Below, one piece after another: positions 53,391 through 64,000 of a DNA stretch of 64,000 bases; positions within the stretch are counted from its first letter, which is position 1, and the number at the start of each line of letters is the position of its first letter. Location: contig OZ199840.1 in the NCBI GenBank assembly GCA_964304625.1, positions 4,440,490 to 4,504,489 on the forward strand, given 5' to 3'. The position numbers and the translations under genes were made by a program. The notes beneath the pieces were generated by a model that saw only the letters and a list, made by a program, of their open reading frames with translations, made no database searches and was not told where the DNA came from. This DNA comes from Kudoa neothunni. Taxonomy: Eukaryota > Animalia > Cnidaria.

Positions 53391-55091
53391 CTAGCCGTAA
53401 TACCTGGCTACGCTCGGGGTGTTTGGAATATCTAATTCAGGAAAAAAAATTGAAATTAAAATGTTTTAACTTACATTTTTTAATATAATAAACGTTTCAT
53501 TATGTTAATAGCATAAACATCTGCCGAAAATTTACTGCGCGAAATAAACAGTTATAAACGAGACATAACACAATTTTACTTAATAATGTAAGTAGTTATT
53601 ATATTTAAGAAGAAACAGAAAAAACCTAATATAGATAAATTTAAAAAATTAACACTAACAAATGAACCTTATTTCGTTTAAATCTCATCATCACTATTTG
53701 ATGCATCCGTGGTTTTATGAAACGAAGAAAAGCAAATAGAAATCGACGTATACGTGAAGCATTGCAACGGACTGCAACTATACAGTCAACGCATAAAGGG
53801 ATATAGAATCCGAAACTGAATTCTAACTTGAATTCTTTTATAGGTCTGTTCAGTTGAATCATACCTATAACAGTGTGATAGATTAAATTTTTAACATGAA
53901 ATCTTATAAACGCTTACCAAAGAAATTTCGTCACACGCAAAATCTTGAAAAATGCAGACAAAAAACTTCAAAATTCTTTCGCAAGCATATTCAAAGATAT
54001 AACAACACAATACAAAGCCATTTTTAAAACTAACGCATTCGTTTAATCAGGATTTGTGATTACTTTAAGATATGGGTTCAAATTGGCCATGGAATTGGAT
54101 TGTGGTAGCTTTAAAACGATGGCGAACCGACATTTTACAAAACTTATTTCTTGGAAGATTTTCATATGCAAGCTTAGAATTTATCAGTAACACGTTTTCA
54201 GAACAGGTACGTACTTTTCTAACACCCAAGATATGTTTAACAGGCAAAATAGCTATACCTACCATTTTAAGCTTGTTTGGAAATCCACCCAACTTCTGAT
54301 CTTAATACAATGATAGTAAATGACGGCATCCTTAAGAAGAAAATAGAGGTTGATATAACACTCCAAGTCACGATGAATGGTCCCCATAAAGTTAGATCAG
54401 CAGTATGAAGAATTAGACATTTTTGTGAAATAAACACAACACACTTCAAACAGTAAACTAAGCGCATAAATCGTATAACCTATTGCAACATACAAAAATA
54501 AATGTCGGGGATGGAGATTGTTGTTAGTTTCGCACCCAAAAATCGGCAAACAAAGTGTTTCATGTAAAGTTTCTACTCTTATCGCTTAATGATAATACAA
54601 TGTTTGAACATGCTGCAAAGAATTGGAATAATGTTCCACATAACATTGTAGATATATTCCCAAAAATAAATCTGAGAAATTGTTTCATATAAATAAATTT
54701 GAATGAAATTTATATAAACACTGAATTTACGTAGGCGAGTAAGATCCATTAAGATAAGAAAATGATAGCATAGCCAGTCACTTTAATACCTCCCTACAAA
54801 CTACATTTTTGGTCAGACCGTTTGAAGAAAAACCGTATAAGTTGTGTCTGGAACCCACCCTGAAGAGGGCTACATACGATTACCAATGAGAAAAACACGA
54901 TTCCTCCAATTTTAAACCGGCAACCTTGAAGGTTTTCCCCTGTGCCTTATTTATGTACATTGCGAAGCATATTTTGATGGGAAATTGCTGCCTTCTAAAA
55001 TTAAAGGTGGTTTCTGAAGGAATAATCGGAATATTTACATCTTCCCCTCTGGCACAACCTGTTACGATATTGGCCTCAATAAGATTAGACA
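53391..55091 (-). mobile_element. Helitron 3' portion (PIF1-like helicase C-terminus and CTAG 3' end)
   Basis: Minus strand reads NLIEANIVTG...FRRQQFPIKICFAMYINKAQGKTFKVAGL..CFSH. The minus-strand terminus ..CCCGAGCGTAGCCAGGTATTACGGCTAG|T (hairpin + CTAG) ends at 53391. Confidence 0.8.
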
Positions 55092-55095
55092 TTAA

Positions 55096-57333
55096 CCCTT
55101 ACAGGACAACCCTCTGGCGGTCACGTAAAGGATAACCAGGGGCTCCACGAGCACATATACACTAACCGGATTAATTATAGTATTAATGTGTTAATTAATG
55201 CATTACTTCGTGGTCTCTCTTAAAGCTAGCTGCGTTGTATAATAAAGCATTGATACGAAAAACAATAAGAATGAGAATAAATATTCTATTGATTCTTTGA
55301 AATACAATTCAAACAAGTAATATTCCTCGCGGAATGCTCGCTACATACACTTTTTTTGCAAAGGGAACAAACTTGCTTCTTCTTACGAATTATGTGGCTT
55401 GGACAAGAGTGACATCGCTTTTGTCTGTTATCTTTGCGGATTTGGATTAGATTTGGTTCATTATTGGAAAATTGATATCCAATAATTTCCATCGAGCATT
55501 TCAAAGCGGGTTGGGTAGAAATTAATGGATTTTCGAATCTTCTTTCTTGTTCATCTTTTATTAACGAATAAGATAAATCCAATAGGAATCTTTGTATTAT
55601 ACCAGTTTTATCAGTCCTCATGTAGGTAGGATTTCTATTTTTGAAAATTACATATGCGTTGAATGCAGCCACATCTATTAATTGGCAAAACACCGCGAAT
55701 GTCCAACGTCGACACTTTCTCTTGCAAGAATATGTTGAAACGCATTGATCTAATGTGTCAATGTCGCATTTTTTTTACTGTAATCTAACATTACCCGAGG
55801 TTTAGCATGGTATTCTTTACTTACATTTTGAGTGCGGGTGTTCTGATGAAAGAATAACTACTGCCTTTTTTTACGCGGAACATACGAAATAAGAAGGAAT
55901 ACTTTATAAAAACCAAACAGCGATGAAAATATCTTTCTTGATCTATGAGCCAAAAATTCTGGGGATATAAAAGTTCTGCATTTACGCACAGTTCCAAGAA
56001 TTGATGTTTTCCTTTCATACAAATATTCAGCCAGTTTCCACGAAGTAAAATAATTGTCGAAGGTGATACTACGACCAGCATCCAAAAGATGATGTGTTAA
56101 ATTTACCACAACATTAAAGGTAGATTGGATTCATGGTAACTGTCAATTTTACCCAAATATGGAATTATGTTTGAACATAAAATGTGTCGCCGTCGCAAAC
56201 AATCCAGAATTTTAAACCGTATTTCGATGTTTTTTTGGGCATGTACACTAAAAATGAAACTCGCCCTCGAAAAGGATTCAGCTGTTCATCAACAGTTAAA
56301 TTAGGACCTGGGATATAGCTAGTTCTACAGATGTCAGTAAATTCATCGAATATTTTTTTTATCGGTGGAAATTTATCTTGCGAGCTTGGATTATTGTTTC
56401 TGGTCCAGTACTCATCAATACATAATACACGTAGGATTTTTTGATTCTATCCCGACTCATCGTTGCGCGAAATAAGGGCCTCCCATGAATTTCATCCCAC
56501 AAAATTTTCGTACTTTCCAAATTGGATTTGTAGGCACCAGCTAACAACAATAATCCTAAAAAAGCTTTTAGTTCAATCAGATCGAGATGTTTCCATTTAT
56601 CTCCCATCTCATCGATGCCTTTGTGATTGGTGTACAACATGATTTCTTCCATCATTTGTTTAGTTATGAAATGATTGAAGCAATAACGTGGCGTCGTCGA
56701 ATCGAAAGAATCAATTGGCTTCCTTTGTACAATACTGCTGTCTATTATATTATGACAGGAAGTTCGTTCAGCAGTGGGCTGGGAAGTCCAAATAATAGAT
56801 GTCTCTTTCGACAAATAATTATTAATGGAATCTCGAGTGTTACAGTCATGTGAAACAATTTGTGAAGAAGAATCTTGATTGAGTATATTTAATTGTCCCT
56901 TAGACGAATCTATGAATAATGAAATGAAGATTTTATATTTTTTCGATAAACCAACCGTCAAATTCATGTAGTAAACTTTCGTTTAATTCGTTATCATCCT
57001 CCAAGAAATTTTTTAGCTCGTTTGAAGATATACTTTCAGTGTCAGATGATATATCAGTAAATAAATGGGAATCTTCCATTATAACTGTTTGGTGCAAAGT
57101 TGGGATCAAATTTTGTTATGTATAAACATAACATGGGCTTAATATATATCTCAAAAGATGAAAAAAGGTCTTAAAACGATGAAAAAATTTTTCCATGAAT
57201 AACATCAATTGATAGATAATTAATTTTTATGAATTTAAGTGAAATTTGAACCGAAAAAAAATTGGTCTAACCTAAGTAATTGACGATGTATCACGTGGGA
57301 GGGCTCGTGGAGTCCAGGGTTGTCCTTTAAGGG
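55096..57333 (-). mobile_element. Full-length piggyBac (PGBD4-like) with frameshifted transposase
   Basis: TTAA|CCCTTACAGGACAACCCT ... AGGGTTGTCCTTTAAGGG|TTAA. Motifs ELKAFLGLLLLAG, FRATMSRDR, LTVDEQL, SITFDNYFTS, LGTVRK, IDVAAFNAYVI and the C-terminal Cys-rich RCHSC..CSLCKKSVCSEH. Confidence 0.93.
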
Positions 57334-57675
57334 TTAATAACCCTGAATAACATAAATACCTAGAAATCCGGAAGTGCGTCACAAACCCATAATGCAAAAA
57401 TTCTCCCTATCTAATTTTGACGTTATTTAATTCATCCGTGTCATTTAGATTTTACCCCCGGTTGAGAACCCCTGCTGTAGTAGCATTTGAAAGAAATCCC
57501 ATAAAATTTAATTATTCTGATTTCTTATCACATTTTAAAAATAATTTAAAGGAGAAAAATCATTCATCAAAATAATGAAAAATTTTTAATCTAAGAAAAA
57601 GGAATAATTTTTTTAACGCTAACAAATAATTTCAATTTCTAATAAATAGTTAAATAAAGTGATGATCCAAAATTC

Positions 57676-58705
57676 GTGTTCTGTTCAAAAAGTATCGAGA
57701 TTTTTTAAATATACGAAAAAATATCTACAATTATAACCATTTAATTTACACCCTTCAAAATATTCACCTTCTCAATCAACATATTTTTTCCAACGATTTT
57801 CCCGTTTTTGGGAACTTAGAGAAAAGTCTGTTTTTTAAGAGAAAATAATCCATTCGTCGCATTTCGTTTAATTTCCGTAGTCGAAGAAAATCTTTTCCCT
57901 TTTAAGTGAAACTTTATCTTTGGGAACAAAAAAAGTCATAGGATGTAAAATCTGGAGAATATAGTTGATGTTGGAGTTGTTCAATATTAAATTTGGATAG
58001 AAATCGTTAAATTTTAGTGGACGAATGAGCAGGCGTATTATCGTGATGCAGAATCTAACTATCGTTGCTCCACATTTCAGGTCTCTTTAGGCGAATGACA
58101 TCTGTAAGGCGGCGTAGAACATTTGGATATTATTCACCAGTTACTGTTTGGCCATCAGGTGTATATTCATAATGAACAATTCCCATGATGTCGAAAAATA
58201 CAGTGAGCAAAACTTTTATTTTACTTTTAACTTGCCGCGTTTTTTTCGGTCGTGGGGTGATTGCGACTTGGTTTCTGGGTCATAGCCGTAAACCCACGTC
58301 TAATCACCGATGATGATAGAGGATATTAGTTTATCATATTCTGATAGTCTTTGGAGGTAATTCCTTGAAATTTCAATACGTTTTTCTTTCTGTTCTTTCG
58401 TAAGCAAACGTAGAACAAACTTTGCCGCATTTCGTCACATTCCAAGATCATCCTTTAAAATTGCGTGACATAACCCAAATAGAATTCCTGTTTCTTCACT
58501 AATTTCCTTTATGGTTAGTCATCTATTTGAATTAATTAAATTTTTTACAATTTCAATTAATTCAGTATTATTGCTCGATAAGGGTATTCCATTGCGATCA
58601 TTGCTTTCAACCGATATTCTTCCCTGTTTAAATCTTCTATACCACTCATAAACTCTAGATCGACTCATAGACTCATTTAGCCCTCGAAAGTCGGAACTCA
58701 AAATA
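57676..58705 (-). mobile_element. Mariner (DD34D) remnant, 5' truncated
   Basis: MSRSRVYEWYRRFKQGRISVES, WVYGYDPETK, KVLLTVFFD, LHHDNTPAH and YSPDFTSYDFF. End sequence CGTGTTCTGTTCAAAAAGTATCGAG. Confidence 0.85.
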
Positions 58706-59464
58706 CTTACGCTTGTGCCGGTGGGGTCGATAGGAGACCCCAGTGGGTTCCTATTATAATGATTGAGTATGGTTCTAACTTTTAGTATATAGATTAATTG
58801 ATTATTTGACCATTAAAATATATGTTTAAAATATCCAAGCGACAAGAGAATTTGTTAAAAATATCATAACCATGTCGACAGACATTACCAATTAAACTTA
58901 TCCAAACAAAACTTCAAATAGTGGATGTAACAGATATAATTTTTTCGGATTCGTTTTTTACTTAATCTAACAAAATAGAAACTTCTACGCCACTTTCAAT
59001 ACCAAAATTAGGCTGCTCGGCCACAGCACTAACAGGAGGTAACTCCGGTGAAGTTCGGTAATCCAATATTGATTTACATTGAGATACGTGTACAACCAGA
59101 TGGCGATATCTCGCCATCTGCACACATGCGCATGAGTTTTACATAGAAAAGTACGAATATATAGTGTTTATAATTTTAAAGTCTATTCTATTCTAAGTTC
59201 CAGGGCTAAAATGCTGAACAGGTCGGTGAATTAGACGGGATTATAAATTAATCCGGTCATAATCTCACCAATGCAACGAAGAACAAATATTGAAAAACTA
59301 ACTAAAGGTATATATTTCGCTGATTGTTTTTAGAGTTTGTGATAGTAGCTTCCCTCTAAATTTAAAATGGAACATAAATTCCACAATATAAGATGCTAGC
59401 ATTCCCTCTTTTTTGTTTGTAACCTTTCGATGAGCATACATATTATTGTTAGAAACATTATTAT

Positions 59465-60131
59465 ATCTCAACCATCTGTGACAATATTCGAACCTGGCAT
59501 TACATTGCGAGATATAATATCATCCAATATTATTGCGGTTCGGAATTTCGTTTGCTCCATAAATACGTTTCCGTTACTGTCGATGTCACCTACTATCCAT
59601 GTTTGTTGATTTCTCAACAAACGCCCAACATTTGCTTTCCTTTCACATACCAGACTTTCGTCTATTTGGACATTGACGCCTGGACCACCTATCATCATTG
59701 AATTTTTCAAAAAATAATTAACATAAATGTCTCGAATAACACTTTTCCAATCGCACGCAGTGTGATTGGAATCTAATCGTGCTTCTCGACAGAGCGCTTC
59801 TTGGGAATCGTTTTTATAGACAACAATAAATTATTATGAATATTCGGTCTAAATCCAGTTTGGCTTTCTCAAAAAAAGTCCCAGAGCGTAGCGATGATTC
59901 CTTTCTGCATTTTTTGCAATAGAAACAATAATTATCCCTGTATTTTTTTCTTCGTATAAAGTTCATTGGACTCCCACAGGAATGCACTTTTGAAGACGGC
60001 AGTAATTTGAGACGTTGCATCATCTTTACGAACCCTAGTTTGTTCTGATGAAAGTGTGGAATATCTCTCTCATTTATTTCATCTATGATATCAATATCAA
60101 AACGTTCCAAATCAAACTCATTGACGTTCAT
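59465..60131 (-). pseudogene. Merlin/IS1595 (ISXO2-like) transposase remnant 2
   Basis: Zn-ribbon CGSPM..CKKCRKESSLRSGTFFE; IGGPGVNVQIDES; TWIVG; IVTDG, then truncated. Confidence 0.85.
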
Positions 60132-60214
60132 TCTGAAGGTTGGCAGAAATCCCGCAACTTAAGGATTATTATTATTATTATTAATGCGGAAAATCTCATA
60201 AGGCGATTAAGGGC

Positions 60215-61018
60215 TAATCTACCGACCTGTTCTGCACTTTAACCATCGCTTCTATTTTGTTTGTACGGGCATGGACACCTTCATTTGAGACGAACCGGCG
60301 GTTGTGAATAACAGTTCCACGGGTGAAGCCTAAATATTTCAAACGGTTGTATCCACGCCAGCCATCAGTTCAGATTATCGTCCCTTCTTCCACATTATCC
60401 AGAATAATCTTCTCAAGAACTTCCCTGTTTCTATATTGGGATATTTTAAAGAAGAAATTCCTATCTTCGTCAATCCCACCGATTATCCAATATTGTTGGT
60501 TTTTTAATATGCGCCCAACATTATATTTTCTTTTTGTAATGGCAGTCTCATCAATTTGCACAATTCTACCGGGCCCTCCTATTTTTTAAAAATCTTCGTC
60601 TAATTTCAAGGCCATCAAATCCCAAATAATTGCTCTCCACTCATAAATAGTAGATGATGACGAAATCGAAAGATTTCTTTTGATAGATTCGTAGGTTAAA
60701 TTTGGTTCTTTTATTGTACAAACCACAAATAGAAACAATTTCCATAAAGGAAGTTTTGAAGATTCAAATATTGTTCCAATTCTAATTGACGTCCTTTTTT
60801 TTACATATTATACATTTATTTTGGAATCCATCACTAGTATCTTTCCTCGAAATTATTGCCAAACTTCCACCACAACGACATTTAGCATGTGAATCTATCA
60901 ACCCAAGAGATTGAACGTTCTTTAAGGAATATGATAGATCATCTCGAAAATAACTATAGCCCATAAATGTAATTTGATCAATATCCTCAAAAGTGAATAT
61001 TTTCTTGAAATTATTCAT
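60215..61018 (-). pseudogene. Merlin/IS1595 (ISXO2-like) transposase remnant 1
   Basis: CRCGG..CIICKKK.SIRIGTIFE; IGGPGRIVQIDETAITKRKYNVGR; WIIGGID; TDGWRGY; TNKIE. Confidence 0.88.
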
Positions 61019-61089
61019 TGTGCTAAATGACGAAGTGTGCCGAAAAATCACGAGAGCGTACACAGATATTGGACTTTAGCCCAAATCGT

Positions 61090-62409
61090 AATAAGACGGA
61101 TAATTATCACATATAGTTTTGATTGAATCCATTTTTCTTGTTGTTTCATAGGTTGGTTATTATTATTTGAATTTGTTAACTGAAGCCCGATATCTTGCTC
61201 AATTGAACTTTGCGCTTGCTTTAATTTGGCTATCAAACAATCAAGCCCAGCGTGTGATTGATCAAAGCGGTCGAAGAAATGTCGATTGAAGCTTTCACAA
61301 CTATTTGCTGTCAATGGAATATTTTTCATCACTCGTTCAAGCGAGTTCCAAAAAGTAGGAGGAAATTTTGAATTTTCTATATATATATGTTTCGGCGAAA
61401 TATTTAAAAAATATTCCAATTTTTTCATTATTGAAATTGTTTGAATATTTTTTCAATTTTTCAAATTCTTTTTGGACGAAATTAGGGGGTAGGAATGATA
61501 ACGATGTGACCATTTTGAATAAGCATCGAAACCTAATGTTTCTTTGTGCATCTTGTAATAAATCCATTTCTTGAATTTTCCTACAAACTGCTTGCCGAAA
61601 TGGAAGGTACAAAACTGGATATTAATTGTTTTTTATTATTTTTTAAAAGCATTATGCACTGCTTTTTCAAAATCAATTATTAAATAATTAGATAATTTAA
61701 AATGTAGAGTTTCTTTCATTATGTTGATCATAAGGTTATAACCCTCTTCAGTTTTTCCAGGCATTAAAATGAATACTAATGGAAATACCCTGTTAAAAAT
61801 TGCACCATGGATAACATAAAGTTGATAGAACCCTTTGGGTACAACCTTAAACGTTCCATCGGAGAGCCAAATATTTGAATTGTTTAAGTGGCTTATATCT
61901 TCCTCTGTAGAAAATATTATCATTCGTTTTGTGCAAAGGGGTCCATTATCGTAATAACAGAATTTTTTTCCCTCTTAATGTAAATATTCCATTGTTTAAC
62001 AAGTTGGTCTCATTTTACAACCGAGGTGCTCATCCTTTTTCTCGTGTTTCGATCAGTTTATAGACCGTTTTTTTGCTAAATATTGGGAGTTCCTCTAGTG
62101 GTTTTCGGTTGGTGCATTGACTGTAAACATTGTTCGCAGAATATATCGTTTCTTCAGCAATAGTCCTTATTTCACTATTTAATAACACTTTTTTATGTGA
62201 TTTTCATCAACAGTGTGATTATGCTCGTTAACGGTCACGATTCTACTAATATCCGGCAACAACGAAGTTTGCAACTTACCGCGACATTTTCTTTGCTGAC
62301 ACCTCCAAAATTGTGTATCATCATTTGATGTTGTCGTGACGTAAAAATGTTGCTTATAAAGTATTTTGTAGTTATTTCGTATAGCTTTCAAAAGTATAAA
62401 CTCCGTCAT
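61090..62409 (-). pseudogene. FLYWCH-domain MULE (Mutator) transposase remnant
   Basis: FLYWCH finger FWRCQQRKCRGKL..EHNH; WLSDGTFKVVPKGFYQLYVIHG; IIDFEKAVHNAF; FRQAVCRKIQ; FFKYFAETYI; TANSCESFNRHF. Confidence 0.9.
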
Positions 62410-64000
62410 TAAATCTTTGGTTACCAATTGCGTATGTGACGTTTCGTGGAGTTACAACCAAAAATAATACTTAAAAAGTAAAATAATTATTTGATAAAAA
62501 TGCAATTAAACCTAATGAAAACCCCCAAATTACAAAAATGCTTAAAAACAAGTCAAATAACACATGTATCGCGCACGCGCGCCGCTGGCGAAAACTAGCC
62601 ATGCCGTTTACAACACATCTTGAGAAATGAAGAATAATGTTGAATTTGTATAAGTAAAGATGAATTTATTTGAATTATGAGTGAAAATATTTTAATCAGA
62701 ATATAAATATAATTCAAAGAGTATTTCTTCCAACTTGGGTTTAATCGTTTCAATAGTTATAAGGAAATGCCCAACTTAATTTCACTAAAAATTAAAAAAA
62801 TAAAACGATTAATTTTTAGTCAAATATGACCACCTTTTAATTTACCACAGTTTAAATTTAATTCATGGAAAAACTAAATATTATGAAATATTTTAAAAGC
62901 ACATCAGGCAATCTGTTCGGTTTTCAACGCACAATAATCTGGACGACAATAATAGTGTGATTAATCTCTTTTAATCCCATTCCATCATTGGAATCTTATA
63001 ACAGATAACAAGAATGGTTACAAATTACAATATTCCTCAGTTTGGTCGTGACAATACATATTGGAATGATCACTTTTCTGATCATATAAATTAAATACAC
63101 TTGATACAGCCGTATAAAATAGTTGTAAATAACATATACAGTCAACAACGGTTATTGCGCATTTTTTTCGGGGAATAACAAAAAGGTACGCAATACACCA
63201 GGGGTTCCCAACTAAGGGTGCGAGATCCGATCAAAATTGACCATAATTTTTGATGAATTTTAAGTCAGTTACACCTTATTGTATGCAAAGGGGTGCAAAT
63301 TCCGATTTGTCCAAAAATGGGGGTGTGAGTCCAGTTTTAGCTGGGAAGTGCTGCAACACACATTCTGTGCGCAATATCTATCTAATCGCGCGCGCATGCA
63401 ATATAAAACTCAATTATTTTCTTTACAATAAATTAATTAACATTTATTTGTTGGAAAAATGGTTATAAAGTAAATTTCTAGGTATATTTTACAATTTTAG
63501 ATATTCTATCCATCACTGGGTAGAAATCATTGAATCCATTGGAGTCTTAAGTTAAAATGTTCAGCGTATTTCTGAAATAACATTCGTCAGTTTCTCCACA
63601 TTTGATGTATACGTGAGGTGGTCATTTTCAATGTGATTTGCATCATGTTGAGAATTTTCATTTCAAATAGATGGATTGATCTTATAAGACTAAAAACCAT
63701 ATTCTATAATTTCATATGTTTTGCACGATCTAACTGATTGATAATGATACAACCTTCTTGTCGGATTTATTAAAACTTTAAAAGTTGAGAATTAAAGCTA
63801 AGCTAAATAGTCTAGTGTATTTAGAAAGTTGTTCCTTCCAAATTAAGTATCGAGAAATTTTTCCTTTAAATCTAATTTTGTAAATTCGGTTATAAACAGA
63901 TTTGGTTTTACCAAGGTTTGGTCTGGTAAGAAAAAGCAAGATACATATATGAACCATGACATATACGGGTGCGCGAGTATTTAGAATGAAGTTGCTATTT

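Larger units (their letters stand above)
59097..62605 (-). mobile_element. Composite DNA transposon: FLYWCH-MULE transposase plus two Merlin/ISXO2 transposases
   Basis: Imperfect TIRs CAGATGGCGATATCTCGCCATCTGCACACATGCGC vs reverse complement GGCATGGCTAGTTTTCGCCAGCGGCGCGCGTGCGC. Flanking GTGTACAAC (59088-59096) and GTTTACAAC (62606-62614), an 8/9 match. Three co-oriented transposase remnants lie inside. Confidence 0.65.

Noticed and set aside
53641-54467. Short ORFs inside the Helitron 3' region, as possible captured gene fragments
   Set aside because: No recognisable motifs or splice structure.
63138-64000. Further TE-like ends near the window edge (TA|CAGTCAACAACGG, GC-rich patch at 63285-63400)
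   Set aside because: Partner ends and coding evidence are not visible within the window.

Overview
This is AT-rich eukaryotic (animal-like) DNA with very short canonical GT-AG introns, mostly about 35-60 nt. A compact-intron parasite such as a myxozoan is my inference only. Two housekeeping genes are present: AP-3 delta adaptin (5' exon(s) not visible) and the AMPK alpha catalytic subunit. There is also a secreted five-Kunitz-domain gene. The main unexplained feature is a four-member family of signal-peptide, Cys-rich FN3-like, single-TM surface proteins: one diverged copy A (7706-10723) and three close copies B (27642-30270 +), C (36509-39148 -) and D (50224-52873 -). B, C and D show conserved framework with hypervariable loops, patchwork similarity suggestive of gene conversion, a length-variable acidic/mucin stalk, frame-switching microexons before the TM exon, and one frameshifted copy. 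Together these make it a candidate variant surface-antigen system. The family sits in a dense nest of decayed DNA transposons (Tc1/IS630, mariner, pogo/Tigger, hAT, piggyBac, Helitron, MULE, Merlin). One of these is a 3.5-kb element carrying a FLYWCH-MULE transposase followed by two tandem Merlin/ISXO2 transposases. All gene models and alignments were made by eye.
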